Shown here piece after piece: positions 8,796 to 17,615 of a stretch of DNA of 21,057 bases; within the stretch, counting starts at the first letter, position 1, and each line of letters starts with the position of its first letter. Origin of the DNA: Candidatus Sigynarchaeum calidifontis (lineage in GTDB: Archaea; Asgardarchaeota; Lokiarchaeia; Sigyniarchaeales; Sigyniarchaeaceae); assembly GCA_030587475.2 (NCBI GenBank), contig JAUQYZ020000215.1, positions 1-21,057 of the forward strand, read 5' to 3'. The notes beneath the pieces were generated by a model that was given only the letters and a program-made list of their open reading frames with translations, ran no database searches and had not been told where the DNA came from. The translations under genes were made by a program, and so were the position numbers.

Positions 8796-10031
8796 ATGGA
8801 CGGGAAAACACAGATAGCTATCACGAGAATAATTGACGACGACGTCGGCAAGGCGGTGCGCGAGGCCCTCGATCTCGTCAATGCCAAACGTTTGATGCAC
8901 GAAGGAATGCTTGTCGTGCTGAAACCCAACTTGCTCTCCGCTAAGCCGCCCGAGCGTGCCGTCACGACACACCCGGAGGTATTACGCGCCGTGATTCGCT
9001 GGGTCAAGCAATTCAAGCCCAAGCGCATCGTCGTCGCGGATAGTAGTGCCTCGACTTCGATAGGCACGACCGAAAAGGTGCTAAAAGCTAGCCTCATCGA
9101 AAAAACATGCCAGGATGAGGGTGTCGAATGTGTACCATTCGAGAAGACGGCCCGGACGGTTTACAAGGTCAAGGATCCGCTAGTACTCGACGAGTTCGCC
9201 GCGTCGACCCTCATCCAGGACGCCGACCTCATCATCAACCTGCCCAAGATCAAGACCCACGACCTCACGCGGTTGACTTGCTGCGTCAAGAACATGTTCG
9301 GCACCATGCCTCTCGGCAACAAGTCCCGTACACATGGCCGGTTCCCCATGATCAACGATTTCTGCGCGGCCCTCGCGGACGTGTATTCGGTCTCTAGACC
9401 GGCGTTGACCGTGGTCGATGGCTATCTCTGCCAGGAAGGCTCGGGGCCATCCGCTGGCGACGTTGTGAAACTCGACTTGATTCTTGCCGGCTTCGACGGC
9501 ATCGCTCTTGATACCGCGATATGCAAGATCATCGATCTTGACCCCAGCAAGGTGCCTTATCTGAAATTCGGGGAGAAGAAAGGGCTAGGCACGACTGATC
9601 TCGGCGCGGTGGAATTCAAGGGAGAGCCCCTCGATAGCGTGAAACGCCCGTTCAAGATTCCCCCCGGCAGCCCCATCGCGGGCGTGCCAATGCCCAGAAC
9701 CCTCGCGAATTATCTTGCAAACGTCGTGTTCAAGGCCCGCATCACTTTCGACCCGGCCAAGTGCAAGCTCTGCGCGACGTGCTGGAAAAACTGCCCGGTC
9801 GAGGCTATCACGCCACCGGCCGAGATTAAGCAAGGCAACGTGCCATCATGGGACAAAGCGAAGTGTATCACGTGTTACACGTGCGCTGAAACGTGCCCCC
9901 ACGAGGCAATCGGCTTTAAAATCGAACCTCTCAAGAATGCCGCGCGCTCCCCGCTCGGCATCGCCGCGATCGCCATTCTCGCCATGATCGTCGCGCTCAT
10001 CCTCTGGCTGGTAATTGCCGGGTCGTATTAA
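8796..10031 (+). CDS. DUF362 domain protein with 2x[4Fe-4S] ferredoxin domain and C-terminal TM helix
   Basis: VLKPNLL...VTTHP, INLPKIKTH...CVKNMFG, EGSGP, CKLCATCWKNCP, CITCYTCAETCP, and hydrophobic tail LGIAAIAILAMIVALILWLVIAG. Confidence 0.9.
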   Translation: MDGKTQIAITRIIDDDVGKAVREALDLVNAKRLMHEGMLVVLKPNLLSAKPPERAVTTHPEVLRAVIRWVKQFKPKRIVVADSSASTSIGTTEKVLKASLIEKTCQDEGVECVPFEKTARTVYKVKDPLVLDEFAASTLIQDADLIINLPKIKTHDLTRLTCCVKNMFGTMPLGNKSRTHGRFPMINDFCAALADVYSVSRPALTVVDGYLCQEGSGPSAGDVVKLDLILAGFDGIALDTAICKIIDLDPSKVPYLKFGEKKGLGTTDLGAVEFKGEPLDSVKRPFKIPPGSPIAGVPMPRTLANYLANVVFKARITFDPAKCKLCATCWKNCPVEAITPPAEIKQGNVPSWDKAKCITCYTCAETCPHEAIGFKIEPLKNAARSPLGIAAIAILAMIVALILWLVIAGSY

Positions 10032-10121
10032 GATGGATAATGACATGTTAAACCAAGACATTTAAATCGCATGACCAGGGCCCGGTTCTCGGGAAACAAA
10101 GCATCGGAGCCGAAAAGAAGA

Positions 10122-11129
10122 ATGACAAAGAAACACAAGCCCATCATTCCCCGAGCGGGCGAGGTCCAGGACATCGCAACGATTGGATCGCTGGTACGCG
10201 AGGGGAAGGTCATCTACCTCGACATCGAAACGACAGGACTGGAAATAGACCGGGACATCATCACGACCGTGTCGGTTCTTGAAGGAGACACGTGCTTGCA
10301 CTTCACCCGCGACGAGAACTTGCAAGACCTTGTCCCGTACCTCGAAGCGAACGCTGACAAGGTGATCTGCACCTTCAACGGCACTGTGTTCGATCTCCCC
10401 TTCATCGAGCGCGAAGCCGGCCGTGCCCTCGCGCACCGCACAATCGACGTTTATTTGCTGTCAAGCGAGCGTCTCTTCATTCCTGGTGGTTTGAAAAAGC
10501 TGCGGGAGGGGTTCGGCTGGATAAATGCTGAGGAACAGAACGCTGGCGCCGACGCTGTCTGGCTATGGTCGATGTGGCTTCGAGAGCGGGATCCGGCCTA
10601 CCGGGACGCGTTACTCGAGTATTGCGGGGAGGACGCGCTGTCCTTGCGGTTCGTGCTCGCGCACTTGTTCAACTTGTGGGCCGCGGCGCGGGACATCGAG
10701 CCACTCCCCGTGCCGCCCGTTCCCGACCGACCTCCGAACCCCTTGCTCCAGGAAGTCGCCCGTCGTCGTGCCAGCGCCGGGCCACAGCTGAAAGCGGGTT
10801 CCCCGTATGCAAAATTCATCGATGACGGCCGCGCGAGCCGGGCCGCACTTATTCCCGACTCGCACGTGCACGGGCTCTCAGCGACATACACCGGCATCTC
10901 GGCATCGGTGACGGGCTCCGAAAAAAAAACTTACATCGTAAGGCTGGAATCGAGCGCCGACGGGACGCGGGTGCATTGCGACTGCCAGGACTTCGCGAAA
11001 AACGAGCGACTCCCCGAACCCAGGCGGAAATTCTGCAAACACGTGATAAAGGTGCTGGCAATCTCGCCGCCCGCGCAATGCGCTGCGCTATTCGAGGAAG
11101 GGAGGCGTGTTGATTTTTCCTTCAGATGA
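10122..11129 (+). CDS. YprB/RNase_H_2-like DEDD 3'-5' exonuclease fused to a SWIM zinc finger
   Basis: YLDIETTGL (ExoI), TFNGTVFDLPFI (ExoII), YCGED (ExoIII), and C-terminal CDCQDF...FCKH (SWIM CxC...CxH). Start may be 10071. Confidence 0.82.
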   Translation: MTKKHKPIIPRAGEVQDIATIGSLVREGKVIYLDIETTGLEIDRDIITTVSVLEGDTCLHFTRDENLQDLVPYLEANADKVICTFNGTVFDLPFIEREAGRALAHRTIDVYLLSSERLFIPGGLKKLREGFGWINAEEQNAGADAVWLWSMWLRERDPAYRDALLEYCGEDALSLRFVLAHLFNLWAAARDIEPLPVPPVPDRPPNPLLQEVARRRASAGPQLKAGSPYAKFIDDGRASRAALIPDSHVHGLSATYTGISASVTGSEKKTYIVRLESSADGTRVHCDCQDFAKNERLPEPRRKFCKHVIKVLAISPPAQCAALFEEGRRVDFSFR

Positions 11130-11228
11130 TGTAATATATCATGACCGGATAATATCGTTTTTTATGCGTGGTCGCCAATTTAGGCTTATAACACGGCGTA
11201 GAAGCACTTGCCACAGAAGTGAAGATAA

Positions 11229-12230
11229 ATGAGCAAGACCCTCGATATTAACGCGAGGCCTTTCAACGCTTCGTGGATTTACCCTCGACCCGTCGAAGAG
11301 AATAAAGTTTTCAAGGTTTTAGTCATCGGGGCACATCCTGACGATGCAGATTTACTCACCGGTGGCCTTGCAATTAAATTAAGACAACGTGGGCATAAAT
11401 GCAAATATGTCGCGGTCACAAATGGCGATAAAGGGCATTTCAAGGAAGGTGAAATCGAACTCGCTGCTCGCCGCCTCAAGGAAGCAAAGGCTTCGGCGGA
11501 CCAGCTCGGCGTGGAGTATGAAACGCTCAACGTGCCAGATGATGGGGTCTGGGTTAACGAAGACCAGCTTCGTAAGGTAATGCGCTGCATCCGAGAATAT
11601 GGCCCGGATCTCATCATCACGCACCGGCCAATCGATTACCACAAGGATCACCGATACGTTGGGCAGTTGGTCATGGATGCTTCTTACCTTCTTATAGTGC
11701 CTCATGCCTTCCCGGAGCTTCGAACACCATATACCAGCCAAATGCCGGTGATCGCCTATGCTTTCGACCATTTTTCCAACCCGGACTTCCGGCCAAGCGT
11801 TATTCTCGATGTAACGGACGTATACGAGAAAAAAGCACTCGCGATCAGCCAACACACGTCACAATTGATGGAATGGCTTCCTTACACGCAAGGCATTTTG
11901 GATCAAATTCCTGAGGAATATGATTACAACAAGCGCAGGGAGATCGTGGAGACACTCGTTAATTACGCGTTTTCTGACGTTATAACCCGCTATCGCAAGC
12001 TCATCAAGGCGGGATACCCCGATCGCAAGGTCAAGCAAGCCGAGGCGTTCGAGATTTGCGAGTACGGCAAGCAACCGAGCTTGAAGGAGCTGAAAGAACT
12101 GTTCCCGGACGCGATCTACCCGAGCAAGAAAGATTTAGACGAGCTTACTGACGTTGGCACCTTGCGGGCTGAAGTCAAGGAACTCAAGCAACAGATCAAG
12201 GATCTCCAAAAGAAACTGGAGGGGAAATGA
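11229..12230 (+). CDS. PIG-L/LmbE family deacetylase with C-terminal coiled coil
   Basis: GAHPDD, VTNGDKG, RRLKEA, PDLIITH...YHKDH, KKALAISQHTSQ and AEAFE. Confidence 0.92.
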   Translation: MSKTLDINARPFNASWIYPRPVEENKVFKVLVIGAHPDDADLLTGGLAIKLRQRGHKCKYVAVTNGDKGHFKEGEIELAARRLKEAKASADQLGVEYETLNVPDDGVWVNEDQLRKVMRCIREYGPDLIITHRPIDYHKDHRYVGQLVMDASYLLIVPHAFPELRTPYTSQMPVIAYAFDHFSNPDFRPSVILDVTDVYEKKALAISQHTSQLMEWLPYTQGILDQIPEEYDYNKRREIVETLVNYAFSDVITRYRKLIKAGYPDRKVKQAEAFEICEYGKQPSLKELKELFPDAIYPSKKDLDELTDVGTLRAEVKELKQQIKDLQKKLEGK

Positions 12231-12233
12231 ACC

Positions 12234-14012
12234 ATGACCAAGATAAAACCAGAAATCGTGCACGGCGTCCCGCAAGTAACCTGGCGCATGTTCGAAAAGG
12301 ATTACGCTGACCGCCACATAATGCATCACATCGTCGAAAAATGGGCCACCGAGTGCCCCTCGAAAATCGCCATCATTTCCGCTGACACGGGCCGGGATTA
12401 CTCGTGGGCGCAGTTCAAGGAGGCCATGGACGGCATTGCATACAAGTTACTCGAGATGGGGGTGCAGAAGGGTGATTTCATCGCCAGTTCATTACCGTTT
12501 TTTCCCGAGCACGTTTTCATCATGTTCGCTTGCTTCAAGATCGGCGCCATTTTCGCACCGCTTGACATACGACTCAAGCCCTCCGAGACTGAACGCTGCA
12601 TTGACTTGATCAAAGCAAAGATGTATTTCCACCTTGGCAAGACTGATCTTGCTGATTTTGGCAAGATGTCGGAAGCGGTCATGAACAGCTGCGATTCACT
12701 CAAATATTGCGTGCAATTTTCCAATCCTGATGATATAAACGAGGACAATGATCAGACCAAGGTTATTTCAGCGCTCGAATTTGCCCTCGACGCCAAGGAT
12801 CTGCTCCGGAAAGTCAACAGCGGCGAGCGCAAGGATCTCGGCGAAAAGCTCAAGAAGGCCTCCGAGGCTATCGGCGAGCGGGATGGATGCCTTGTAATTT
12901 ACACGACCGGTTCCACGTCTGGTTACCCGAAACCCGCGTTGTTGTGCCACCAGGGCATCTGCGCCCAAGCCTTGTGCTCGGGCATCGCCTACGGCTTCGA
13001 CAATCCTGATGACGCCGTTCTCGTGAACATGCCACCAAGCCACGTAGGCGGGTTAACACAGCAATTCTTCACGACCTTGTATTTTGGCGCGAAGGCAGTC
13101 GTTCTCGACATGTTCAAGCCGGACTTGAGCCTCGAAGCAATCGCCAAGTACAACTGCGCCATCATCGGCCAGATCCCGTCTTTATTCAACATGGAATGGC
13201 GCATGCCCAACTATTACAACTACAACCTCAAGTCGCTCAAGGTGGCTATTTATGGCGGGCAAGCCATCACGCGCCCGTTTGCCGAGCAAATGGCCAAGAT
13301 GGCACCAAAGATCGCTACCGGCTTTGGCATGACCGAGATGAGCGGCATGGCAACGTTCTCCTCGCTCAATGCCAGCATCGATGACATCATATCGAGCGCC
13401 GGGTACACGATGCCCATCACGCCAATGACCATTCGAGAGCCAATGAAAGATGATTATACAGCAGGCGCTGAGAAGCCGGCAGGTCAAATCGGGGAGATCT
13501 GCTTTTCGGGCCCGCAAGTGTTCCTTGGCTACGTGAACGATCCAGAGAACACGAGGAAGACGATCAGCAAGGATGGCTGGCTTTACACGGGTGACATCGG
13601 CTCGTACGACGACAAGGGGCTGCACATCGCTGGCCGCTCCAAGTTCATGATCAAGCCAAAGGGATACAACGTCTACCCGCCCGAGATCGAGGATTTCATC
13701 GTCGAGAAATTCAAGGACCGGGTGGAGATCGCCGGCGTTGTCGGCATGCCACACGATGTGTTCGGCGAGGGCGTGTTTCTCTTCGTCGAAAAGAAGGCAG
13801 GCAAGCATATCACCCCGGAGGAAATAATGGCCGAGTGTAAAACTGGCTTGGCCGCTTACAAGCGCCCGTTGGCAGTCGTGATCATGGAACCGGCGCAGAT
13901 GCCCCTCACGCGCACGGAAAAAACTGATTACGTGCTGCTGAAAAACATCGCTGCAAAAGAGATCGAAGCCTTGCGAGCGAAAGGCAAGTGGGATCGGGGC
14001 CCGGCCGAGTGA
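12234..14012 (+). CDS. Class I adenylate-forming enzyme (AMP-forming acyl-CoA ligase)
   Basis: YTTGSTSGYPK P-loop, GFGMTE, GEIC, GWLYTGDIG, GRSKFMIKPKGYNVYPPEIE and PLTRTEK. Confidence 0.92.
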   Translation: MTKIKPEIVHGVPQVTWRMFEKDYADRHIMHHIVEKWATECPSKIAIISADTGRDYSWAQFKEAMDGIAYKLLEMGVQKGDFIASSLPFFPEHVFIMFACFKIGAIFAPLDIRLKPSETERCIDLIKAKMYFHLGKTDLADFGKMSEAVMNSCDSLKYCVQFSNPDDINEDNDQTKVISALEFALDAKDLLRKVNSGERKDLGEKLKKASEAIGERDGCLVIYTTGSTSGYPKPALLCHQGICAQALCSGIAYGFDNPDDAVLVNMPPSHVGGLTQQFFTTLYFGAKAVVLDMFKPDLSLEAIAKYNCAIIGQIPSLFNMEWRMPNYYNYNLKSLKVAIYGGQAITRPFAEQMAKMAPKIATGFGMTEMSGMATFSSLNASIDDIISSAGYTMPITPMTIREPMKDDYTAGAEKPAGQIGEICFSGPQVFLGYVNDPENTRKTISKDGWLYTGDIGSYDDKGLHIAGRSKFMIKPKGYNVYPPEIEDFIVEKFKDRVEIAGVVGMPHDVFGEGVFLFVEKKAGKHITPEEIMAECKTGLAAYKRPLAVVIMEPAQMPLTRTEKTDYVLLKNIAAKEIEALRAKGKWDRGPAE

Positions 14013-14016
14013 TCCC

Positions 14017-14057
14017 TTCTATTTGATTTTTCTCCGCGGGAGAGATGGCGCTTTTTT
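14017..14057 (+). terminator. Putative terminator after the acyl-CoA ligase
   Basis: T-rich tract TTCTATTTGATTTTT, a short hairpin TCTCC-GCG-GGAGA, then a T6 run. Confidence 0.4.
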
Positions 14058-14065
14058 CCCTTGCC

Positions 14066-14097
14066 GAAAGCGTATTATTGCTGGATCGCTCCGATCC
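14066..14097 (+). promoter_or_regulatory. Putative BRE/TATA promoter of the GRE operon plus adjacent inverted repeat
   Basis: GAAAGCG-TATTATTG (14066-14080) starts 43 nt upstream of ATG 14109, followed by GGATCG-CTC-CGATCC (14083-14097). Confidence 0.45.
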
Positions 14098-14108
14098 GAT
14101 CGAAGATC

Positions 14109-16607
14109 ATGGCATCGAGCAAGACGTGCAGCATCCCCGGGCAGTATACGTTCGACCTGGCGAGGCCACACGGCCTGTCCACGCGGGCGCAGTGGCTCCG
14201 CGACTACTATTTCAAGGGCAATAACCGCGCGTGGAACAACCAGTTTTCCCCCTTCACGACCGGCACGCCTTGGGATCGCGTGTGGAACGAGGGCGATTAT
14301 TACATCGTGCCGGAAATGTACGCGTACATGGGAGAGAACGACAAGGGCCCATTCCCCAAATCATTCGAGCTCATGGCCGAGCCGGTTCCGTTGCCTGATG
14401 GATTCTGGCAGCTTTCGATCCCCGAGCGACGCGCGTGGTTCTTCCGGGAGGTCATGGTGAACCGCATCCCCCAAGAGATCATTTCGGACAACGACTTGAT
14501 CGCGGGTGGCAGGTTCAACACGCAGCTCTCCAAGTGCCTAGACAAGAAAGAACAAGCAGCCTTCGAGAAGGAAAACATGAAAAACCGGAAGGCAATACTG
14601 CGGTTTCATTTCGATGGTTTCGGAAACGCGGGAGCCACCGGTGGACATCTCATCCCGGACTACAAGCTCGTCGTGGAAAAGGGTTTCAAGCACTTGCACG
14701 AAAAGGCAAAACGCGCGTACGATGCCTTGCCTGAAGCAGAAAAGCGGGGCCCAAAGGGTGCCGAGCTGCGGGCCATGATCGTTTCGGCAGAGGTGCCACG
14801 GGATCTCGCCGGGAAATATGCTGCCGAGTGCCGCCGGCTATCAAGCGAATTGAAATCCGGGCAACGCAAAGCGGAGCTCGAGCAGATGGCTGCAAATCTC
14901 GATAGGGTACCGTGGGAGCCCGCACGCACGTTTTGGGAGGGGGTGCAAGCCGTCTGGCTTGCCCACATGCTCGTGATCGCGGAGGAGAGCTATCCCGGGC
15001 CAGGCACGAGCTTTGGCCGCCTCGACCAGTACCTGTGGCCCTTGTACGAGCAAGACGTCATCATCAACAAGACCATCACGCGTGAATTCGCCAAGGACAT
15101 CTTTTCCGCGTTCATGTTCCACTGCAACACGGCTTACGATGCTCAAATCACGATCGGCAACCAGGGCATCACGTCGGGATTCGGCCAGCTCGTCACGCTC
15201 GCAGGCATCGGCCCCGATGGCGAGGACGCGACGAATGACCTCACGTATCTCATCCTGGAGGTATTCGACGAGTGGGCACCCATCCTGGAGCCAAAACCCA
15301 ACGTGCGCCTCCACAAGAAGAGCCCGGAGAAGCTCCTAGACGTGCTCGTGACAATGATATCCCGCGCCCAGGGTGCCCCGTTCATCATCAACTTCGATGA
15401 GCGGAGCATGGCCGGTTTAGTGACCGAAGGAGTTCCGGCCAGCGATGTTTGGAACTATGCGTGTGTCGGCTGTCTCGAGAACACGATGCAAGGCAACGAC
15501 CGTTCCGGCACGGTCAATTGCAACCCGAACCTGGCGCGGAGCATCGAGCTGACCTTGTGGCGCGGCAAGAGCATCCCTGGCTTTCGCCATCACAAGCGGA
15601 CGAAAGCGCAGCTCGGGCCCGACACGGGCGACCCGGCCACGTTCACGTCCTGGGAGGAATTTTTCTCGGCTTTCCTCAAGCAGCTGAAGCATATCATCAA
15701 GCGCACGGTCGATGTCTATAACATGACAGAGGCATTCCGCTCGCGCTGGATGCCAACGCCTTACGTGAGCATCCTCGTCGACGGCATGATCGAGAGCGGG
15801 AGAGACATCCGGGAGGCGCCACCGCGGTACGGGTTCGTCACGATCGAGGGCGTGGGCTTCGCTACCACGGTCGACTCGCTGCTTGCAATCAAGAAATTCG
15901 TGTATGATGAGAAGAAATACACGATCGATCAGGTCAAGGCCGCGCTCCAGGCAAATTATCAAGGTCATAAAGAATACGCCATCATGCAAGCGCTGTTCAA
16001 GAACAAGGCGCCGAAATATGGCAACGACGACAAGGACGCCGATGCCATCGCCATGACGGTCATGCGGGCGTGGGCCGAGGAAACAATGAAGTATAAAACG
16101 CCCACGGGTTATAAATTCCGCCCAGGCATGCTGAGTTGGAACTATTGGGCAGGCAACGACGCCGCGCTCACGCCCGCGACGCCAGATGGGCGCACAGCGG
16201 GCTCGTTCTTGTCGAATGCCATCTGCCCGACGAACGGCGCGGACGTGGCTGGGCCGACGGCCGTCGCAAACTCTGTCGGTGCCGCGCTCGGCGGCAAGGA
16301 TGGTGCCGGGAACCATGTCAATGTCCTTCCCAACGGTGCCTCGCACACGATCACCTTCAACCCGGCCATCTTGCGCGACCCCGAACACAAGGAAAAATTC
16401 AAGTCGTACTTGAGGGGGTATATCGAGAACGGGGGCAGCGCGCTGCAGATCAACATGCTCGACTCGGCCATGCTCAAGGACGCGCAGCTCCACCCGCAGA
16501 ACTACGGCAACTTGCTAGTGCGCGTCACCGGTTACAACGCGTATTTTACCGCGATAGGAAAAGAGCTCCAGGACGAGATCATCGCCCGGGAATCTCACGT
16601 GTTCTGA
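14109..16607 (+). CDS. Glycyl radical enzyme (PFL/glycerol dehydratase superfamily), substrate unknown
   Basis: GHLIPDY, PARTFWEGVQAVW, SFGRLDQYL, Cys loop YACVGCLE (15462-15479), PKYGND, ATPDGR, and Gly loop LLVRVTGYN (Gly codon 16530-16532). Confidence 0.95.
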   Translation: MASSKTCSIPGQYTFDLARPHGLSTRAQWLRDYYFKGNNRAWNNQFSPFTTGTPWDRVWNEGDYYIVPEMYAYMGENDKGPFPKSFELMAEPVPLPDGFWQLSIPERRAWFFREVMVNRIPQEIISDNDLIAGGRFNTQLSKCLDKKEQAAFEKENMKNRKAILRFHFDGFGNAGATGGHLIPDYKLVVEKGFKHLHEKAKRAYDALPEAEKRGPKGAELRAMIVSAEVPRDLAGKYAAECRRLSSELKSGQRKAELEQMAANLDRVPWEPARTFWEGVQAVWLAHMLVIAEESYPGPGTSFGRLDQYLWPLYEQDVIINKTITREFAKDIFSAFMFHCNTAYDAQITIGNQGITSGFGQLVTLAGIGPDGEDATNDLTYLILEVFDEWAPILEPKPNVRLHKKSPEKLLDVLVTMISRAQGAPFIINFDERSMAGLVTEGVPASDVWNYACVGCLENTMQGNDRSGTVNCNPNLARSIELTLWRGKSIPGFRHHKRTKAQLGPDTGDPATFTSWEEFFSAFLKQLKHIIKRTVDVYNMTEAFRSRWMPTPYVSILVDGMIESGRDIREAPPRYGFVTIEGVGFATTVDSLLAIKKFVYDEKKYTIDQVKAALQANYQGHKEYAIMQALFKNKAPKYGNDDKDADAIAMTVMRAWAEETMKYKTPTGYKFRPGMLSWNYWAGNDAALTPATPDGRTAGSFLSNAICPTNGADVAGPTAVANSVGAALGGKDGAGNHVNVLPNGASHTITFNPAILRDPEHKEKFKSYLRGYIENGGSALQINMLDSAMLKDAQLHPQNYGNLLVRVTGYNAYFTAIGKELQDEIIARESHVF

Positions 16608-16637
16608 AAACACGTCCACCAACCAGGCAAGATAGAC

Positions 16638-17615
16638 ATGAAGGATGGAACCGTCACCGCGACGGGTGCGACGGCAAACATTTTCGAGATACAGAGATAC
16701 AGCACGGAAGATGGCCCCGGCATCCGGACGACCGTGTTCTTCAAGCAGTGCCCGCTCCGCTGCGCTTGGTGCCAGAACCCCGAGGGGCTCCATCGCGAGC
16801 CCAGCATCCAATGGTTCAAGGTGAAATGCATTGGCTGCGAGAGTTGCGTGAAGGCATGCACCAAGAAAGCGATAATGAGGGCTGTCGATGGCATTCACAT
16901 CGACCGGCGCGCGTGCACGTCATGCGGCGCTTGCGTGGAGGCTTGCCCGTCCACGGCACTGAAATCCTTCGGGAGGATCATGCCGATCGAGACCCTGGTT
17001 GACGAGGTCGCCAAGGACGTTGCCTTTTATGACCAGTCCGGAGGCGGCGTCACGGCATCGGGCGGGGACCCGGCCGTGCAAGCGGACGCGGTCGCGCTGT
17101 TCCTCTCGACGTGCAAGGCGAGGGGCATACGCACGGCCATCGAGACGACCGGGGCCACGACGGTGGCCGTGCTCGAGCTGCTTCTCCCCCATGTCGACTT
17201 GTTCATGTACGACTTGAAGGAGATCGACCCGGAAAAGCATAAAAGATTCACTGGCATATCGAACGACAAGATTCTCGAAAATTGCAAGTGGTTGGCGAGC
17301 CGCGTCGACGGGAAGGAGAAACAGCTATGGATTCGCACGCCGATCATCCCCGGATACACGGCCACGGACGAGAACGTGAGTGGCATTGCCAAATTTATCG
17401 CAAAGGAGCTGGGAGGAAAGGTGCAGCGATGGGATCTCTTGTCGTTTAACAATCTACCAGCAGACAAGTACGAGCGCATGGACCTGGGAAAGTGGGTGCT
17501 GAAAGCCGTGCCGCTGCTGACAAGGCGCGAGATGGAGCATTATCTCGATCTCGCCAGGGCAAGCGGCGTGCCGGTCGTGGCCTGGTCCGGCCTCACGAGA
17601 CGGGATGATGGATGA
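16638..17615 (+). CDS. Glycyl-radical enzyme activating protein (radical SAM) with inserted 2x[4Fe-4S] ferredoxin domain
   Basis: IQRYSTEDGPGIRTTVFFK, CPLRCAWCQNPE, CIGCESCVKAC, CTSCGACVEAC, GGVTASGGDP and YDLK. Confidence 0.96.
   Translation: MKDGTVTATGATANIFEIQRYSTEDGPGIRTTVFFKQCPLRCAWCQNPEGLHREPSIQWFKVKCIGCESCVKACTKKAIMRAVDGIHIDRRACTSCGACVEACPSTALKSFGRIMPIETLVDEVAKDVAFYDQSGGGVTASGGDPAVQADAVALFLSTCKARGIRTAIETTGATTVAVLELLLPHVDLFMYDLKEIDPEKHKRFTGISNDKILENCKWLASRVDGKEKQLWIRTPIIPGYTATDENVSGIAKFIAKELGGKVQRWDLLSFNNLPADKYERMDLGKWVLKAVPLLTRREMEHYLDLARASGVPVVAWSGLTRRDDG

Noticed and set aside
10921-10929. A9 run just before the SWIM motif, a possible slippage or phase-variation site
   Set aside because: The frame is intact (E-K-K-T), and I see no convincing stimulatory structure or meaningful alternative-frame product.
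1179-14012. A CoA-themed cluster (acdA, panB, acyl-CoA ligase)
   Set aside because: The genes are scattered on different strands and transcription units with unrelated genes between them.
14109-16607. Pyruvate formate-lyase or alkyl/benzylsuccinate synthase assignment
   Set aside because: No vicinal CC motif, no Bss-type CMSP loop, and no small beta/gamma subunit genes.
15417-17002. Long alternative ORFs (15417..16493 minus, 16136..17002 plus) within the GRE and activase
   Set aside because: Arg-rich or motif-free shadow ORFs typical of GC-rich coding DNA.
11229-17615. Four consecutive genes (deacetylase, ligase, GRE, activase) share one reading frame and are separated only by single TGA codons, suggesting Sec or TGA readthrough into a polyprotein
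   Set aside because: Each protein is complete and ends at its family's normal C-terminus. The TGAs do not sit at Cys-equivalent positions, a terminator and promoter-like sequence lies at 14017-14097, and TGA is a common stop here. Chance is sufficient.
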